NCBI GenBank assembly: GCA_038736825.1
Contig: JAVYME010000030.1
Location: 1-14,077 of the forward strand
DNA: 14,077 bases
Source: Candidatus Iainarchaeum sp.
GTDB lineage: Archaea; Iainarchaeota; Iainarchaeia; Iainarchaeales; DTGL01
Direction: 5' to 3'
Positions 12,426-14,077 of this stretch are shown here, one piece after another. The notes below the pieces were generated by a model, which saw nothing but the letters and a program-made list of their open reading frames with translations, was not told the DNA's origin and searched no databases. The stretch's first letter is position 1, and each line of letters starts with the position of its first letter. The translations under genes were made by a program, and so were the position numbers.

Positions 12426-13631
12426 ATGCCAAAAATGGTTTTCTCTCATTCAAGGCTTGAAGCCTTTGAAAACTGTCCCTTAAAATTCAAGTTTGAATAC
12501 ATTGACAAAATTCAAACAGGGCGCGAAAGCATTGAATCCTTTATGGGATCGCGAGTCCACGAAACACTGGAAAAACTTTACAGGGACAAGCGCTTTCAAA
12601 AAGAAGATTCCCTGCAAGAGCTTTTGGATTTTTATTCCAAGCAATGGGACAAAAACTGGCATGACGGCGTTCACATTGTAAGAAAAGAATACTCTGCAGA
12701 AAACTATGAAAAAATGGGCGAACAATATGTTGCAGAATATTTCAATCAATACAAGCCCTTCAACCAATCCAAAACCCTGGGATTAGAGGAAAAAGTCTCC
12801 ATAGACTTGGGTGACGGGCACAGATTGCGCGGAATAATAGACCGCCTGGCTTTGGCAGGCGACTTATACGAAGTGCACGATTATAAAACCAAAATGAACC
12901 CTCCAAGCCAGGAAGAAATAGACTTGGACAGACAACTCGCCCTGTACGCCATTGCAGTGAAAAAGCGCTTTCCAGATGCAGAAAAAATAGACTTGGTATG
13001 GCATTATTTGAGCATTGGAAAAGAAATGCGCTCCAAGCGCACAGAAGAACAATTAGAAAACCTCAAAAGAGAAGTGAAAAACTTGATTGAAAAAATAGAG
13101 TTAGCGCAAAAAGAAAACGATTTTCCAGCAAAAGAATCCGCGCTTTGCGCTTGGTGCGAATTCGGAGAATTCTGTCCAAAACAAAAACACCTCCTTGCAA
13201 CAGAAAACCTTTCCCCAAAAGAATTCTTGGAAGAAGACGGAGTAAAACTAGTCAACAAATACGCTCGCCTTGAAAGCCTGAAAAAAGAGTTTTTGGAAAA
13301 AATAGAGCCAGAAATAGAAACAGTGAAAAAAGAATTGTTCGAGTTTTCAAGACAAAATGGAGTGCAAAAAATTGCTGGAAGCGATTTCATTGCCACCCTT
13401 GCCAGTTATCCACACTTGTCCTTTCCAGAGGAATCAAGAATGCACATAAGGAAAATTTTAGAGGAAAACGGAAAACTAGAAGAAGTACTAGACATAAACT
13501 ATTACGAGCTTGCAAAAAAATTGAACTCAAAAGAATGGGATTCAAGGCTGACAGAAAAACTCTTAGAACACGCCATCAAAGGAGAAAACAAACGCGTTTA
13601 CTTGAAAAAAACCAAAACCGAATGCGATTAA
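12426..13631 (+). CDS. PD-(D/E)XK nuclease, RecB/Cas4-like with a four-Cys (4Fe-4S type) cluster and a roughly 150-aa C-terminal extension
   Basis: The 401-aa ORF has an N-terminal Cys in FENCPLKFKF. The nuclease motifs are GIIDRL (D) and YEVHDYKT (DxK), with QLALYA matching the QxxxY motif. A C-terminal cluster CAWCEFGEFC (CxxCx5C) lies at nt 13146..13175. This is the C...CxxCx5C arrangement of Cas4/AddB-type nucleases. Residues from about 250 to 401 are charged and helical, and I cannot assign them. Confidence 0.8.
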   Translation: MPKMVFSHSRLEAFENCPLKFKFEYIDKIQTGRESIESFMGSRVHETLEKLYRDKRFQKEDSLQELLDFYSKQWDKNWHDGVHIVRKEYSAENYEKMGEQYVAEYFNQYKPFNQSKTLGLEEKVSIDLGDGHRLRGIIDRLALAGDLYEVHDYKTKMNPPSQEEIDLDRQLALYAIAVKKRFPDAEKIDLVWHYLSIGKEMRSKRTEEQLENLKREVKNLIEKIELAQKENDFPAKESALCAWCEFGEFCPKQKHLLATENLSPKEFLEEDGVKLVNKYARLESLKKEFLEKIEPEIETVKKELFEFSRQNGVQKIAGSDFIATLASYPHLSFPEESRMHIRKILEENGKLEEVLDINYYELAKKLNSKEWDSRLTEKLLEHAIKGENKRVYLKKTKTECD

Positions 13632-13636
13632 TGCAT

Positions 13637-13855
13637 TCAAAGGTAAGCCAGCAATCCAAGCCCGCCATGCACTATTGCAAGCAATATGGAAATCTTTGCC
13701 ATTCTAGGATGCCATTTTGGAGCAATAACAGTATTACCCTTTGAATTCATTACAGCAATAAAGGCAGTGAACAAAAAACACAAAAAAGTCAAAATGCCAC
13801 CATAAACTATTAAAGGCAAACCAAGCACTGGATAAAAAGTAATTTCATTAAACAT
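13637..13855 (-). CDS. Small membrane protein with two predicted TM helices. Function unknown.
   Basis: The 72-aa ORF has two hydrophobic stretches (LGLPLIVYGGILTFLCFLFTAFIAV and ISILLAIVHGGLGLLAYL). GGGGTGA lies about 5 nt upstream of the ATG and is Shine-Dalgarno-like. The gene is convergent with the nuclease gene, 5 nt apart. Confidence 0.5.
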   Translation of the reverse strand: MFNEITFYPVLGLPLIVYGGILTFLCFLFTAFIAVMNSKGNTVIAPKWHPRMAKISILLAIVHGGLGLLAYL

Positions 13856-13913
13856 TCTTTCACCCCAAATAAAAACACTAAACCCATTAATAAACTCTTT
13901 CAGTGTGAATTAA

Positions 13914-14077
<164 letters not shown>

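Noticed and set aside
13158-13172. GAATTCGGAGAATTC (two EcoRI sites forming a near-repeat) in the nuclease gene
   Set aside because: It is simply the codons for EFGEF between the cluster cysteines, and I see no evidence of a separate DNA-level function.
11057-13396. Antisense and off-frame ORFs within the GS and nuclease genes (11057..11491, 11353..11717, 11792..12034, 12057..12272, 12480..12767, 12493..12681, 12864..13052, 13004..13396)
   Set aside because: They are nested in genes with complete family motif sets, and none has an independent signal.

Overview
This AT-rich, gene-dense window uses all three standard stop codons (TAA, TAG, TGA). Several genes have a TATA-like box about 24-27 nt upstream of the start codon, which suggests archaeal, largely leaderless transcription. 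Together with the Cys-rich surface proteins, this points to a small-genome, possibly DPANN-like archaeon. That assignment is inference only.

Gene order:
- a 3'-truncated exported DUF2207-like protein (-)
- a CPA2-type cation/H+ antiporter (+)
- a tightly packed minus-strand metal-efflux trio: VIT1/CCC1-like, an unannotated 46-aa ORF, and MntP
- a 1252-aa membrane-anchored surface protein with a papain-like (C1) cysteine peptidase domain, Cys-rich repeats and a C-terminal PEGA domain (+)
- a convergent minus-strand operon encoding a 616-aa secreted HExxH zincin-like protein, a 232-aa 5'-truncated paralogue of its catalytic half, and a translationally coupled 231-aa Cys-rich, C-terminally anchored protein
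- a glutamine synthetase family gene (+)
- a Cas4/RecB-like PD-(D/E)XK nuclease with a 4-Cys cluster (+)
- a small membrane protein (-)
- the 5' end of a Sua5/TsaC gene (+)

The most unusual region is the exported-protease island at about 3.6-10.7 kb. Its cysteine-protease giant and its zincin-like protein share a roughly 190-aa module that I cannot assign to a family. The zincin gene is tandemly duplicated across an apparent +1 frame break at a T4/A4 run. The zincin motif HELGHxxFxFCDQY is atypical.

I found no tRNA, rRNA, CRISPR array or transposase. All family assignments come from motif recognition by eye and need HMM or structure confirmation.
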